The notes: generated from the letters alone by a model not told the origin. Positions 40,477 to 49,653 are shown, numbered from the stretch's first letter. The stretch is DNA of 64,000 bases from an uncultured Bdellovibrionales bacterium (GCA_964609855.1 CAZSTB010000003.1:4305-68304); one strand, 5' to 3'. A program made the numbers and translations.

Positions 40477-41688
40477 TCACTCCACACTTAGTCCAGTTGG
40501 CACAGCGGGGGCAATAATATCAGCCTCTAAATTACCAATAACATAATCAAAAGGCAACCTACCATCTTGCGGGGAATTGGACCAAAGAGCCGGCTCTGTC
40601 TGAATAGAATCGGCACTCAAAGGTTCATAGGCGATAACTGGGCCGTAATAAATCTGTTGAGCCCCATCATAAAAGCGGCTCATATTGTCAGGCATCCAGA
40701 TGTTATTCCATTCCGGCGTGGCATGCAGAGCTCCAGTATTTAGCCATGGAATATCAACTGTTTTGTAGTGAGTCCAAGTTGTTCCAACTTCAGTACTATT
40801 ATCAATCCACATCTCAAATTCGCCGTCCATGACGCCTGGTGCACTATTCATCTTTACGCGATATTCCAAAGTGTGCCAATCACCGTCTTCTGGGAGATAT
40901 GGCCCAGGATTACCCCCAAGGGTTGGGTTATAGCCATCGTAAGGAGCATATCTATATTCAGGATCGACACGAAAAGTAACCTTAGCTGCTGTATTTTTCC
41001 TGTACGTTATTGGGTTAGCATAATAATAGTAAGGATTTTCCAAAGTGTCAGGAATTGCAATCGGCATAGTATAACAAGTCGGATTCGAAGGTTGAGTATT
41101 GCATCCTTGAGTATTAAACATACTTTCAACAGAAGGATTGGCCCAAAAGCGCCCTATCCTTATATTCTTTATCATACTAATCTGATTTCCAGTTGAGACT
41201 CCTGGTCCGCATCCTGGACAATCAGCCCATTGTCAAACGGGTCCAAACTTAACTTTCATGCGCACATACATCTCATGATATCCTTCAACCTTAGGAAATA
41301 ATTTTCCCATCCTTGCCCCATGCCACGCTCCATAATCCCCTTCAGTCACAACACTGTAAATCAAACATTTTTCTTGATTAATGACAGAAGGATCGCTGCA
41401 ATTTACATTGTTAGCAATATTCAATGGCGAGATGGTAGTAGCCTCATTAGCAAACCCCGTCCAACCCGAAGGAGGACAGCTAGTGCTACATGTTCCGCCC
41501 TGATCAGCTGCAAAACTGATTGGCCAATCATGTTGAGTTATCCCAGAACTCCAATCAGGCGTGTCCTGCCAACCTTCTTCAAAAAAAACAGGCTTAGGCG
41601 GATTAGCCGTTGGAATAGCGTAAGCAAAATTTGGTAACATGAAAAATGCAGCAAGAAATAAATATAATTTTAAATTCATATTTTTCAT
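40477..41688 (-). pseudogene. Array copy D, interrupted by one in-frame TGA
   Basis: ORFs 41233..41694 and 40477..41175 share a frame; reading through TGA (41233-41235) gives KFGPV*QWADCPGCG..MIKN; DWHTLEYRVKMNSAPGVMDGEFEMWID; ends DIIAPAVPTGLSVE. Confidence 0.8.
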
Positions 41689-41839
41689 ATTCAATTTCCT
41701 AAATTACGTAGCATCATGCTACGTAGCAAATTTCACGCAACTTCGCGAGATAATAAATTTTTCTAATGCCTTGATTATACCATAAAAATCCAACAACTAC
41801 TATTATAAATTGATTTTTAAATACGGATTTTAAAAAACA

Positions 41840-41868
41840 AAAAAGCTGACTAAAATAGTCAGCTTTTT
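41840..41868 (-). terminator. ndk terminator
   Basis: AAAAAGCTGACTA-AAA-TAGTCAGCTTTTT. Confidence 0.8.
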
Positions 41869-41889
41869 AAAAGTATAGCTTCGATAGGA

Positions 41890-42492
41890 TTATTCCAAAA
41901 TCCCATCAAGATTCACGTCATATAACATCGCTTCTGAAATTGATTTGTATTTGATTATTTCGCTTTCATCAAACCAGATCTTGATTTCCCTCTCAGCTTC
42001 TTCCGGTTTGTCTGAGCAGTGAATTAAGTTTCGAACTGCGCGGCTATCCATTCCAGCAAGATCATAGGAATCTAGAGTCAGATCTCCGCGGATTGTTCCG
42101 ATGTCGGAAGTCAAAGGCTCGGTTCCACCTACAAGTTTAGTCACAATTCCCACAGCGGAATTACCCTCGATCACCATGGCAAGAACTGGTCCGGAAGTCA
42201 TGAAAGTCACCAACTGTCCGATAATGTCGCGGCCGTATTCAATTGCTTCTTTTTCAATCGGAAGATTCATCTCTTCGCGTCCTTTCACGATTCTCTCCCC
42301 TTTTAATTGGAACCACGCCTCGTCTTTGTTGTAGTGAGTCCAGCATTGCTCTGTTTTTGGAACCAACATTTTCATTGCTGTCATCTTGAGCCCTACTCTT
42401 TCAAAACGACTGATAATTTCTCCCATCAGATTTCGCTGAATTCCGTCCGGCTTAATAATAACGAATGTCCTCTCCTTTTTTGGATGTTGCAT
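41890..42492 (-). CDS. ndk: Nucleoside diphosphate kinase
   Basis: ERTFVIIKPDG, MTSGPV, GTIRGD, RNLIHCSD; start placed at ATG 42492. Confidence 0.95.
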   Translation of the reverse strand: MQHPKKERTFVIIKPDGIQRNLMGEIISRFERVGLKMTAMKMLVPKTEQCWTHYNKDEAWFQLKGERIVKGREEMNLPIEKEAIEYGRDIIGQLVTFMTSGPVLAMVIEGNSAVGIVTKLVGGTEPLTSDIGTIRGDLTLDSYDLAGMDSRAVRNLIHCSDKPEEAEREIKIWFDESEIIKYKSISEAMLYDVNLDGILE

Positions 42493-42685
42493 CTTATTTT
42501 TTATTAAATAATTACTAAAAAAGCGACTCTTAGTCGTAAATCTAGTATACAGCAAAAACATGGCAGGACGCAAATAGATTGACTAATCACACCTGATGCC
42601 TACATGCGCAGCTACAAAGCATTATTCCCAATTCCCAAATTTGCAAACACTATCACACTAGATAGCGTGATAGTGTTTGCGGATT

Positions 42686-43552
42686 TCAATTGCTTATTGA
42701 TTTGCATTTTAAGGTTGGGCTTTGGCATTCATAAATAATATCCCCTCGCTCATCAGTTCTGAAAACACTTATCCCGCGCTGCATCAATCTTTTCAATATA
42801 TCAGCATGCGGATGACCGTATGAATTATTCTTGCCAACCGAAACGATAGCATCACGAGGCGCAACCCTATCTAGGAAATCATCGCTTGAAGAATATTTAC
42901 TACCATGATGGGAAACTTTCAAGACATCAGATTTTATATCAATTCCGCGCGCCAGAATTTCTTTTTCCTGTTCGCCAGGAAGGTCGCCTGTCAGCAGAAA
43001 ACTATTTTCTCCAAAGCTTAATCTCATCACCACACTGCCAGCATTCGTATCCTTAGTATTTTCAACTATTTTTTCAAAAGGAAAGATGATTTCCACTTGA
43101 GCATCTTCGCTTAAAATAATCTTTTGTCCAACTTGAGCTTCCACGATCTGAGACCCCTCAGCTGCAACAGCTTCTTCCAAAGCCTTGAATGTCTGCGACT
43201 CGCTTCTTGCATTAGTTTTCATGACCGCAGAAATTTCATGGGTCCTGAAAATTTCAATCAGTCCCCCAATGTGATCTGCGTCAGGGTGAGTTTCAATAAC
43301 TGCTTCGATTTTTCTATCCCAAAAAGGAATATGCCTGCCTAGTTTTTCCAAGAGCAGTTTCCCATCTTTTCCACCGTCAATCAAGATCTGCTTTGAACCT
43401 TGAGAAATCAAAATACTATCGCCTTGTCCGACATCGAGAAATACGACCCGCATTTCCCCTTTTTTACCATGCAAAATAATAAAAGCTAGAATTACAGCCA
43501 GCAATAGCATTAAAATAAGCACACTATATGTTAATTTTCTCTTATTGAGCAT
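42686..43552 (-). CDS. ComEC/Rec2-associated metallo-beta-lactamase fold protein
   Basis: LDVGQGD, THPDADHIGG, LTGD, LKVSHHGS, YGHPH, RTDERG. Confidence 0.92.
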   Translation of the reverse strand: MLNKRKLTYSVLILMLLLAVILAFIILHGKKGEMRVVFLDVGQGDSILISQGSKQILIDGGKDGKLLLEKLGRHIPFWDRKIEAVIETHPDADHIGGLIEIFRTHEISAVMKTNARSESQTFKALEEAVAAEGSQIVEAQVGQKIILSEDAQVEIIFPFEKIVENTKDTNAGSVVMRLSFGENSFLLTGDLPGEQEKEILARGIDIKSDVLKVSHHGSKYSSSDDFLDRVAPRDAIVSVGKNNSYGHPHADILKRLMQRGISVFRTDERGDIIYECQSPTLKCKSISN

Positions 43553-43675
43553 TCATATTTAATTTTCAATAATCAGTTTTCAATTTACAATGAATTCTCA
43601 ATTAAAAAATTATCAAACTAAAATTTTAATTGAAAATTGCAAATTTAATGAAAATTGTGAATTGAAAATTGAAAA

Positions 43676-45004
43676 TTATTTATCATCCCTCCTATTTAAA
43701 TATTTATCCAAGAGATAAATCGACAACGATAATATTATATAATAAACCACCACAAATAACACTGACACTTTTTCAATCTCCACACTTGCCCAAGAAAATC
43801 GTGACAAAAGGTGGATCAGTGAAATCTCATAGTGAAGCGGCAAATAAGTGAGCCACGCTAAAATCAGAGAAAGTGGAGAAAAAATAAATTCTGCCAGTGC
43901 CGTCAGAAATGCCAAGAACATTGAAAGTGGCACTATCGGCAAAATCAAAACGTTCGCCAGCAGCGAAACAAGCGAAGCGGTGTGAAAATTGTATGTGATT
44001 ATGGGCAGCACAAAAATCTGCGCACTGAGCGAAAGCGCGATTATTTCGGAAATTCCCAGCGCCTTATGTTTTTTGATGAAACTTTTCTCCCAAAATGGAG
44101 AAGTTGAAACTATTCCCAGTGTCGCCAGAAAAGAAAGCTGGAAACCGATATCATATCTGAGCAAAAGCGGATTCAAAAAGAGCATGACTGCTCCTGCAAA
44201 AATAATCGCGTTTTCCGAGGAGGCCAGTCGCCCATGCTTCATAGCCCAAAGCAAAATAAAGTACTCCGCTATGATGGTCACATTGTATCCGGAAACTGCC
44301 ACGATGTGGGTCATGCCGGTGCGCGAAAAATCATTTTGAATTTCTTTGGAAAAACCACTTGAACCACCAAGCAGAATTCCTCCCGCCAAGACGCTTTCAG
44401 GACTGGGGATGACGTCATTTATATTTTTCTCTAGCAAATTTTTCAATCCAAAGATCTGTGTCAAAAAAATATTCCCGCCGTACTCTCCGATTTTTCTGAA
44501 ATTTTTATCCTCGCAGGAATACAAAACTCCTTCTTTTGCCATATACATCATGTAATCAAAATCGGAATCTTCTTTATTTTCAATTCTCTTGGCCCGGCAT
44601 AAAACTTCAAGCAAATCTCCATATTGAAAAACCGGGTACATGGGAACCTGCAGAAGCATCACTATCTTTTCTTTTTCCAATTCAACAATGAGATTCCGCC
44701 CAAAAGAAGAATCTGAACTTTTTATCACCAACGCGCGCCCGCTAAAATTTACATTTTCAAAAACCGCATCATTGATTTCTTTCAAGCTGAAACTTGTTCG
44801 CCAAACACCGACAATAAAAAAGACAAAAATAAAAGCGACCAAAGTCGCATGTCCGTTCTTATAGAAAATTGTCATCAGCAACACTGAAAGAACGAGAATT
44901 GCCAATAAATAATTTCCACTTATTTCAAAAAATGACCGTAGAAAAACACCAAGAATAAATGCGAGCAATAAAAACAGCAAGATACGCGACTTTGATATAT
45001 CCAT
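43676..45004 (-). CDS. comEC: ComEC/Rec2 competence membrane protein with apparent internal in-frame deletion
   Basis: N-terminal OB-like region, GMTHIVAVSGYN, DIGFQLSFLAT, SAQIFVLP; the expected SxxRA segment is absent. Confidence 0.85.
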   Translation of the reverse strand: MDISKSRILLFLLLAFILGVFLRSFFEISGNYLLAILVLSVLLMTIFYKNGHATLVAFIFVFFIVGVWRTSFSLKEINDAVFENVNFSGRALVIKSSDSSFGRNLIVELEKEKIVMLLQVPMYPVFQYGDLLEVLCRAKRIENKEDSDFDYMMYMAKEGVLYSCEDKNFRKIGEYGGNIFLTQIFGLKNLLEKNINDVIPSPESVLAGGILLGGSSGFSKEIQNDFSRTGMTHIVAVSGYNVTIIAEYFILLWAMKHGRLASSENAIIFAGAVMLFLNPLLLRYDIGFQLSFLATLGIVSTSPFWEKSFIKKHKALGISEIIALSLSAQIFVLPIITYNFHTASLVSLLANVLILPIVPLSMFLAFLTALAEFIFSPLSLILAWLTYLPLHYEISLIHLLSRFSWASVEIEKVSVLFVVVYYIILSLSIYLLDKYLNRRDDK

Positions 45005-45063
45005 ATGTGTTCATTGAGAGCAAGTTTATATATCAAATTATATCAAGATAATGAATTTTATGA

Positions 45064-45091
45064 AACCCCGCCTGAATGTTCAAGCGGGGTT
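45064..45091 (-). terminator. Intrinsic terminator
   Basis: AACCCCGCCTGAA-TG-TTCAAGCGGGGTT. Confidence 0.6.
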
Positions 45092-45133
45092 ATTAAATCT
45101 TGATTCTTAATTACAGACTAACTGCAAGGCGCA

Positions 45134-45589
45134 CTATCGGGAAATCCCAGTAAGAAATGCGGGCGCATTTGATCTCAAACTGCCGCCCAGCCAAAACCAG
45201 CCGCGATAAAGGTTTAGTCCCTTATCTAAAAACGGAACCCTGATTTGATGGTCCGGTCTTCTGACAGCATCCTTCCAGCCTATCACTCTCTTCCCCTTGA
45301 AATACTTGTCATGAAAGGAGTTTCCTCTAAATTCGATAGCGATTATCTCAGCCAGACCTAAGCAGTGCGGCAACAGATTCTCGTCCTGCAATTTTTCATA
45401 AAATTCGACTCCCGGAACAAACTCCCTACCCCGATTGAGACGTGACCATTCAATTAGTTGTGCCACATCCAACAGATATGATTCCTTTGTTGGCGGTTCA
45501 GAATAAACCTTGGCCTCAAGAAAATGTGCATATTGGGCCGCTATCGCTACCGGGAAACATTCCACAACTGAATCGCTTTTTTCGTTCAT
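45134..45589 (-). CDS. Hypothetical protein
   Basis: AAAGGAGAGG SD, 151-aa ORF, downstream hairpin. Confidence 0.6.
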   Translation of the reverse strand: MNEKSDSVVECFPVAIAAQYAHFLEAKVYSEPPTKESYLLDVAQLIEWSRLNRGREFVPGVEFYEKLQDENLLPHCLGLAEIIAIEFRGNSFHDKYFKGKRVIGWKDAVRRPDHQIRVPFLDKGLNLYRGWFWLGGSLRSNAPAFLTGISR

Positions 45590-45713
45590 GAGCCTCTCCT
45601 TTTGATGGATTTTAAAAAAATACGATCTAATAATCCGACAGCAACTAAGGAACTATGAACCAACAATAGTTCAAAAATAATTATTATGCAAGTACGAAAA
45701 AGTCTATATTTTA

Positions 45714-45935
45714 TCAAATATCAATATCCACCATTTTAATCTTGGCAGATTTTCCGCCCACTATAGTAATCAGGCTTTTTGCGACTTTAAAATATTTAGC
45801 TAAAATTTCAATTAACATTTCATTTGCCTTTCCGTCAACCGGAGCCGCCGTAAGCCTAACTTTATATTCTCCTTCAGAAATTTTAATAACTTCATTTCTA
45901 GAGGATCGCGGAGCTGCTTGGATATATATTCTCAT
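45714..45935 (-). CDS. DUF167/YggU family protein
   Basis: PRSSRNEV, AAPVDGKANEMLIEILAKYF. Confidence 0.9.
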   Translation of the reverse strand: MRIYIQAAPRSSRNEVIKISEGEYKVRLTAAPVDGKANEMLIEILAKYFKVAKSLITIVGGKSAKIKMVDIDI

Positions 45936-45937
45936 TT

Positions 45938-46225
45938 CTATTTTTCTATTTTAAATTCATTTTTTACCGCAGAAAGAACTTCATCATCTATCTCATCAGG
46001 AAGAAAGTCCCCGGATGGATTATGATTTCTTGCCTCATAATAAACAAAATTTTTCACCTTGCTAGCAATCATGATTGAATACTCTCGAACTTTCCCTTCT
46101 TTTTTGACTTCCTGCGCAAGAACAAATCCGGCTGCAATGATTGCGAAGATAAAGAAAGGAACATATGGAAAGATTTTTTTGAAAAATTTAAGCATTAAAT
46201 TAAAATTATTTTTATGCGATTGCAT
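45938..46225 (-). CDS. Small membrane-anchored hypothetical protein
   Basis: One TM; overlaps the end of the upstream reductase-like gene. Confidence 0.6.
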   Translation of the reverse strand: MQSHKNNFNLMLKFFKKIFPYVPFFIFAIIAAGFVLAQEVKKEGKVREYSIMIASKVKNFVYYEARNHNPSGDFLPDEIDDEVLSAVKNEFKIEK

Positions 46226-47081
46226 CAGAATTTTTAATTCTACGTCTTATAATAGCATCCGAAATTCGCAATTGCATATTTATTAACATTAAGAAAACCA
46301 GGAAAGCATTTGCCCATAAAAACACATTCATCACAACAGGATTTTTCATGTCAGTTCCCAAATTAAGGACATGTATTAATACAACCGCATAGAGTAATAT
46401 ATTCATAAAATGTGCAGTTCTCCAAATCCGAGGAGAAATATACTTTCTGCCATATGAGGTGGCAACCAGGATTATCATCAAATAAAAACTAAATATTCCA
46501 AAACTTATTAATTTTGACTGATAAGCCGAAGCAAAGGGCACAAAGAGATCAACCAGTGTCAAGTTCAAATACTTATCAAAAGCCAAAACCACACCATGAA
46601 AAAATACTACAATCACTGCCTGCAGTGAAATCCAGGCATGGATATTTAAGGCATGAATAGGAGAAAATATTTTGCGAAAGAATGGTAACCTAATTGTCAA
46701 TCCAAGAAATATGGAAATATATAAAAGAGTAAAAGCAACCAGACCACTTGCCCGAGAGCTATACCACGCCCAGGGAATTTCAGTTTCATCAGTTAACTCC
46801 TCGGCAAGCAGCTCAGGCGCACCCGGAAAGGAAGACTGCTCACGCGCTGAAGTGCCAGACATAATCTCCACCCCATCCTCATATCCGTCGCCATCTGAAT
46901 CAGCCACGTTTAAATCCGTACCATAAAGCTGCTTCTCTCCCTCATCAGTTAAGCCATCCAAATCACGATCAATAATCAGGCCATCGCCATAATCAACACT
47001 AAAATTTCCTTGGGCTTGGAGATTTATATTTATAGCAACAAAAAGTGTTAACGAGAGTATAATTAAGAATTTTTTACACAT
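46212..47081 (-). CDS. Ferric reductase-like (MsrQ-like) heme-b membrane protein with N-terminal DxDxDG Ca-binding repeats
   Basis: WYSSRASGLVA start, His residues in IH, FH, WRTAH and IH helices; DRDLDGLTD and DSDGDGYED repeats after a signal peptide. Confidence 0.8.
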   Translation of the reverse strand: MCKKFLIILSLTLFVAININLQAQGNFSVDYGDGLIIDRDLDGLTDEGEKQLYGTDLNVADSDGDGYEDGVEIMSGTSAREQSSFPGAPELLAEELTDETEIPWAWYSSRASGLVAFTLLYISIFLGLTIRLPFFRKIFSPIHALNIHAWISLQAVIVVFFHGVVLAFDKYLNLTLVDLFVPFASAYQSKLISFGIFSFYLMIILVATSYGRKYISPRIWRTAHFMNILLYAVVLIHVLNLGTDMKNPVVMNVFLWANAFLVFLMLINMQLRISDAIIRRRIKNSDAIA

Positions 47082-47133
47082 GCGAATGTTATTTTAAAAA
47101 AAATTTCAAAAATTACTTCTTTGGTTTTAGGTT

Positions 47134-48078
47134 TTATTTTAGATATTTTCTAAATTCAGAGCTTACCCACGATTGTCCCTTGTAGTTCAAGATTATACAT
47201 GCTAAAGCTTTTTTTTCTGCAAATAAACTGCCCTTTTCCCAACCCATAATAAAGATTACTTTCGCCAAGACATCAGCCATTTCAACAGTTGGAGCTATAA
47301 CCGTTACCGATTTTAATTCAAAAGAAAAATTTTCTAAGTTTTTCGGATTAACTAAATGATGAAACCTCAAACCAGCTTTCTCCCACTTTCTTTTGCCGAT
47401 ACCGGAAGTAGCCACACCTTGCTCTCGTAATTGAAACAAAACTTTTTGATTGGAAATACCTTCAATATCAACCAGCCAAGGTTTCCCTTCCTTATCAATT
47501 CCAGCAAAAAACATATCCCCACCCGAATCAACTAAGAAATTTTTCCAATTTCTTTTTTTAAGATAATTCGAAACCAAATCCGTGACATATCCCTTAACAA
47601 TCCCTGAAAAATCCATTCTCCTATTAAACTGAATTTTATCACCATCTATAAGCAAATCTTTCGATAGTTCATTTTCGTTAAAACCGTCATAGACTTGCCT
47701 TGATCTTGAAAAAGAAAATATATCCTTAAAATCCTTATCATAACCTGAACTTTCGAGCGCATCCAAGATTCTTGGGTCAAATAGCTGCTCACTATTATCA
47801 TAGTACCTCAAGCTACGTCGCGCTACTTCCAATAAATGATGTGATGTTTCATGCTTTTCTCCCAATTTTCGGTTAATCATTGAAAGTTCACTTTCGCAGT
47901 CGAACCTGCTGAATATTTTTTCAAATTCCCCATAGTAGGTTGCAGCTGCTGCCAAATCCTTTTTAGCAAGCAATTGCTCTCGTTCAGAGGAAACTACGAT
48001 TTGAATATCAATATTTGTTCCCATGGAAACAAACTGACTCCTAACAATACCTGGATAAGCTTTAACTTCCTTTTTCAT
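47134..48078 (-). CDS. apbE: FAD:protein FMN transferase
   Basis: MGT, FSRFD..SELS.IN, FDP, DFSGIVKGY, DSGGDM, ATSG, HHLVNP, SVTVIA..ADVLAK. Confidence 0.92.
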   Translation of the reverse strand: MKKEVKAYPGIVRSQFVSMGTNIDIQIVVSSEREQLLAKKDLAAAATYYGEFEKIFSRFDCESELSMINRKLGEKHETSHHLLEVARRSLRYYDNSEQLFDPRILDALESSGYDKDFKDIFSFSRSRQVYDGFNENELSKDLLIDGDKIQFNRRMDFSGIVKGYVTDLVSNYLKKRNWKNFLVDSGGDMFFAGIDKEGKPWLVDIEGISNQKVLFQLREQGVATSGIGKRKWEKAGLRFHHLVNPKNLENFSFELKSVTVIAPTVEMADVLAKVIFIMGWEKGSLFAEKKALACIILNYKGQSWVSSEFRKYLK

Positions 48079-48476
48079 TGTGATATTTCATATTTATCAT
48101 CAATGCCATTCAAATTTGCGTCAGTAACAATATATATTTCCGCAATATCACGATGAGGATCCTTATCATCGGTCAAGCCATCCCTATCCGTGTCTTTCAA
48201 GACAAGATCTTTCATCACCGTTCGCGTAACCGTTCTTGCAGGTTCTGTAATAGTTTTGGTGGTATATTGATCACGTGCTGAATCTTCATCACCGTCATCC
48301 TCCTCATCTTTTTCGTCTTCATCGTCCTCCTCATCCTTTTCATCCTCCCCATCTTCCGCCTGAACAGTCTGCAAATATCTGCTTCCATTCTTACTATTAT
48401 TGATAGCCAAAGTAGCCACAAATAAAAAAGTGGTAAGAAAAAAAATCAAAAAATAATTGCTCTTTTTATTTTGCAT
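48075..48476 (-). CDS. Secreted/anchored acidic protein with DxDxDG repeats
   Basis: N-terminal hydrophobic helix, duplicated EDEKDEEDD tract, DTDRDGLTD, DANLNGIDD; overlaps the apbE start. Confidence 0.7.
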   Translation of the reverse strand: MQNKKSNYFLIFFLTTFLFVATLAINNSKNGSRYLQTVQAEDGEDEKDEEDDEDEKDEEDDGDEDSARDQYTTKTITEPARTVTRTVMKDLVLKDTDRDGLTDDKDPHRDIAEIYIVTDANLNGIDDKYEISQ

Positions 48477-48486
48477 AAACTTTCTT

Positions 48487-48837
48487 TTACGATTTTTTTG
48501 TGGTTTTCTTTGGCTCTGGAGCGGGAATCTTTACGGTAGTAGTTTTTGCCGGAATCACCTCTTTAACGACAACTGGTGTCTTTACAGTTATCGAATCTGG
48601 ATTTTCTTTAATACTATCGTTTTGCTGCGAGCGGTTCTTATCAATAATTGCCTGTAATTCCCGGGCTTTAATTTCCAAGGGGCTTTCCGTCGGAGCTTCT
48701 TCTGGAATACTGGCTTGCAGCTTAGCTGCTTCTTCCTTTGCTTTCTGATTCTTGAAATACAAAACACCGCCGACTACCAATGCAGCGTTTACCACTAAAA
48801 CCAAAGCTTGAAACATTATACGTTTAATTTTTTCCAT
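48487..48837 (-). CDS. Membrane-anchored protein with Pro/Thr-rich stalk ending KTTKKS
   Basis: One TM, low-complexity C-terminus; first gene of the apbE run. Confidence 0.7.
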   Translation of the reverse strand: MEKIKRIMFQALVLVVNAALVVGGVLYFKNQKAKEEAAKLQASIPEEAPTESPLEIKARELQAIIDKNRSQQNDSIKENPDSITVKTPVVVKEVIPAKTTTVKIPAPEPKKTTKKS

Positions 48838-48951
48838 TGTATTTGCCGTTTAAATCATGAATTTATTGAAAAAATAGTCCTATTCAATTCATAAAGATTT
48901 ATACGCTTTCTTGATGATTTTTATTCATTATATCGCCCACTGAGATAAAAG

Positions 48952-49653
48952 TTAGTTATTCATTCTAATGCAAACGTTTGATATATATGGCTCCATGAAA
49001 AGCTTTATTTTTTCAAGATCCAAAGCCTGGTTTTTCGTGGTTGCTTTCAAATTATCATCCAAAATTCTCATCTCGCGGTATTCCTGCAAATAATAAGCAT
49101 TTGCCCCCTTTATCCACTTGGCGATTTCCAGAAAATCTTCTTCGCTATGAAGTCCTGGAACGACAGTGGTTCGAAACTCATATGGAATTCCGCTTTCCAT
49201 TATCATTCTAACACTTTTCCTAATCCCCGCCATGTCTGCAACAACACCAACTACCTTGCTGTAGTTTTTTTGACTGCTCTTTATATCCATCGCAATGTAA
49301 TCAACTAGTTTTTCTTTGATGATTTTTTCCAAGACCTTAGGCTGCGTTCCATTGGAGTCAAGCTTCACAGCATATCCCATGCCTTTGATTTTTTTGATAA
49401 ATTCAATGATATCAGGCTGAATCGTCGGCTCTCCGCCTGTAATACAGACACCTTCCAGTTTCCCTTTTCGCTTTTCCAATAGCTCAAAGAATTCTTTTTC
49501 CATTTCATTAAGCTCCGGAAACTGCTCCGGCAAAACCAATTCCGGATTATGACAAAAACTGCAACGAAAACTGCAACCCACAGTAAAAACCGTAGTGGCG
49601 ATTTTACCGGGAAAATCTATTAGGGTTAACTTTTGAATACCACCGATGCGCAT
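48952..49653 (-). CDS. nrdG: Anaerobic ribonucleotide reductase activating enzyme (radical SAM)
   Basis: GCSFRCSFCHN (CxxxCxxC), ITGGEPT, YEFRTT; downstream of nrdD. Confidence 0.93.
   Translation of the reverse strand: MRIGGIQKLTLIDFPGKIATTVFTVGCSFRCSFCHNPELVLPEQFPELNEMEKEFFELLEKRKGKLEGVCITGGEPTIQPDIIEFIKKIKGMGYAVKLDSNGTQPKVLEKIIKEKLVDYIAMDIKSSQKNYSKVVGVVADMAGIRKSVRMIMESGIPYEFRTTVVPGLHSEEDFLEIAKWIKGANAYYLQEYREMRILDDNLKATTKNQALDLEKIKLFMEPYISNVCIRMNN

Noticed and set aside
41233-41235. Genome-wide stop-codon reassignment (UGA=Gly/Trp, or UAG recoding) to explain the in-frame stops
   Set aside because: Conserved genes end properly at TGA (nrdR, array copies A and B) and TAG (map, adk, fusA, ftsZ), and long genes have no internal stops. 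Code 11 fits and the two cases are isolated.
36600-41790. Integron cassette array or diversity-generating retroelement
   Set aside because: No integrase or reverse transcriptase in the window, no clear attC (RYYYAAC...GTTRRRY) sites, and no TR/VR pair with adenine-specific differences seen.
46845-46900. SGTS in the reductase-like protein as the ApbE flavinylation motif
   Set aside because: It lies within the DxDGDGxxDGxE..GT Ca-binding repeat pattern and lacks the Ala of [ST]GA[ST].
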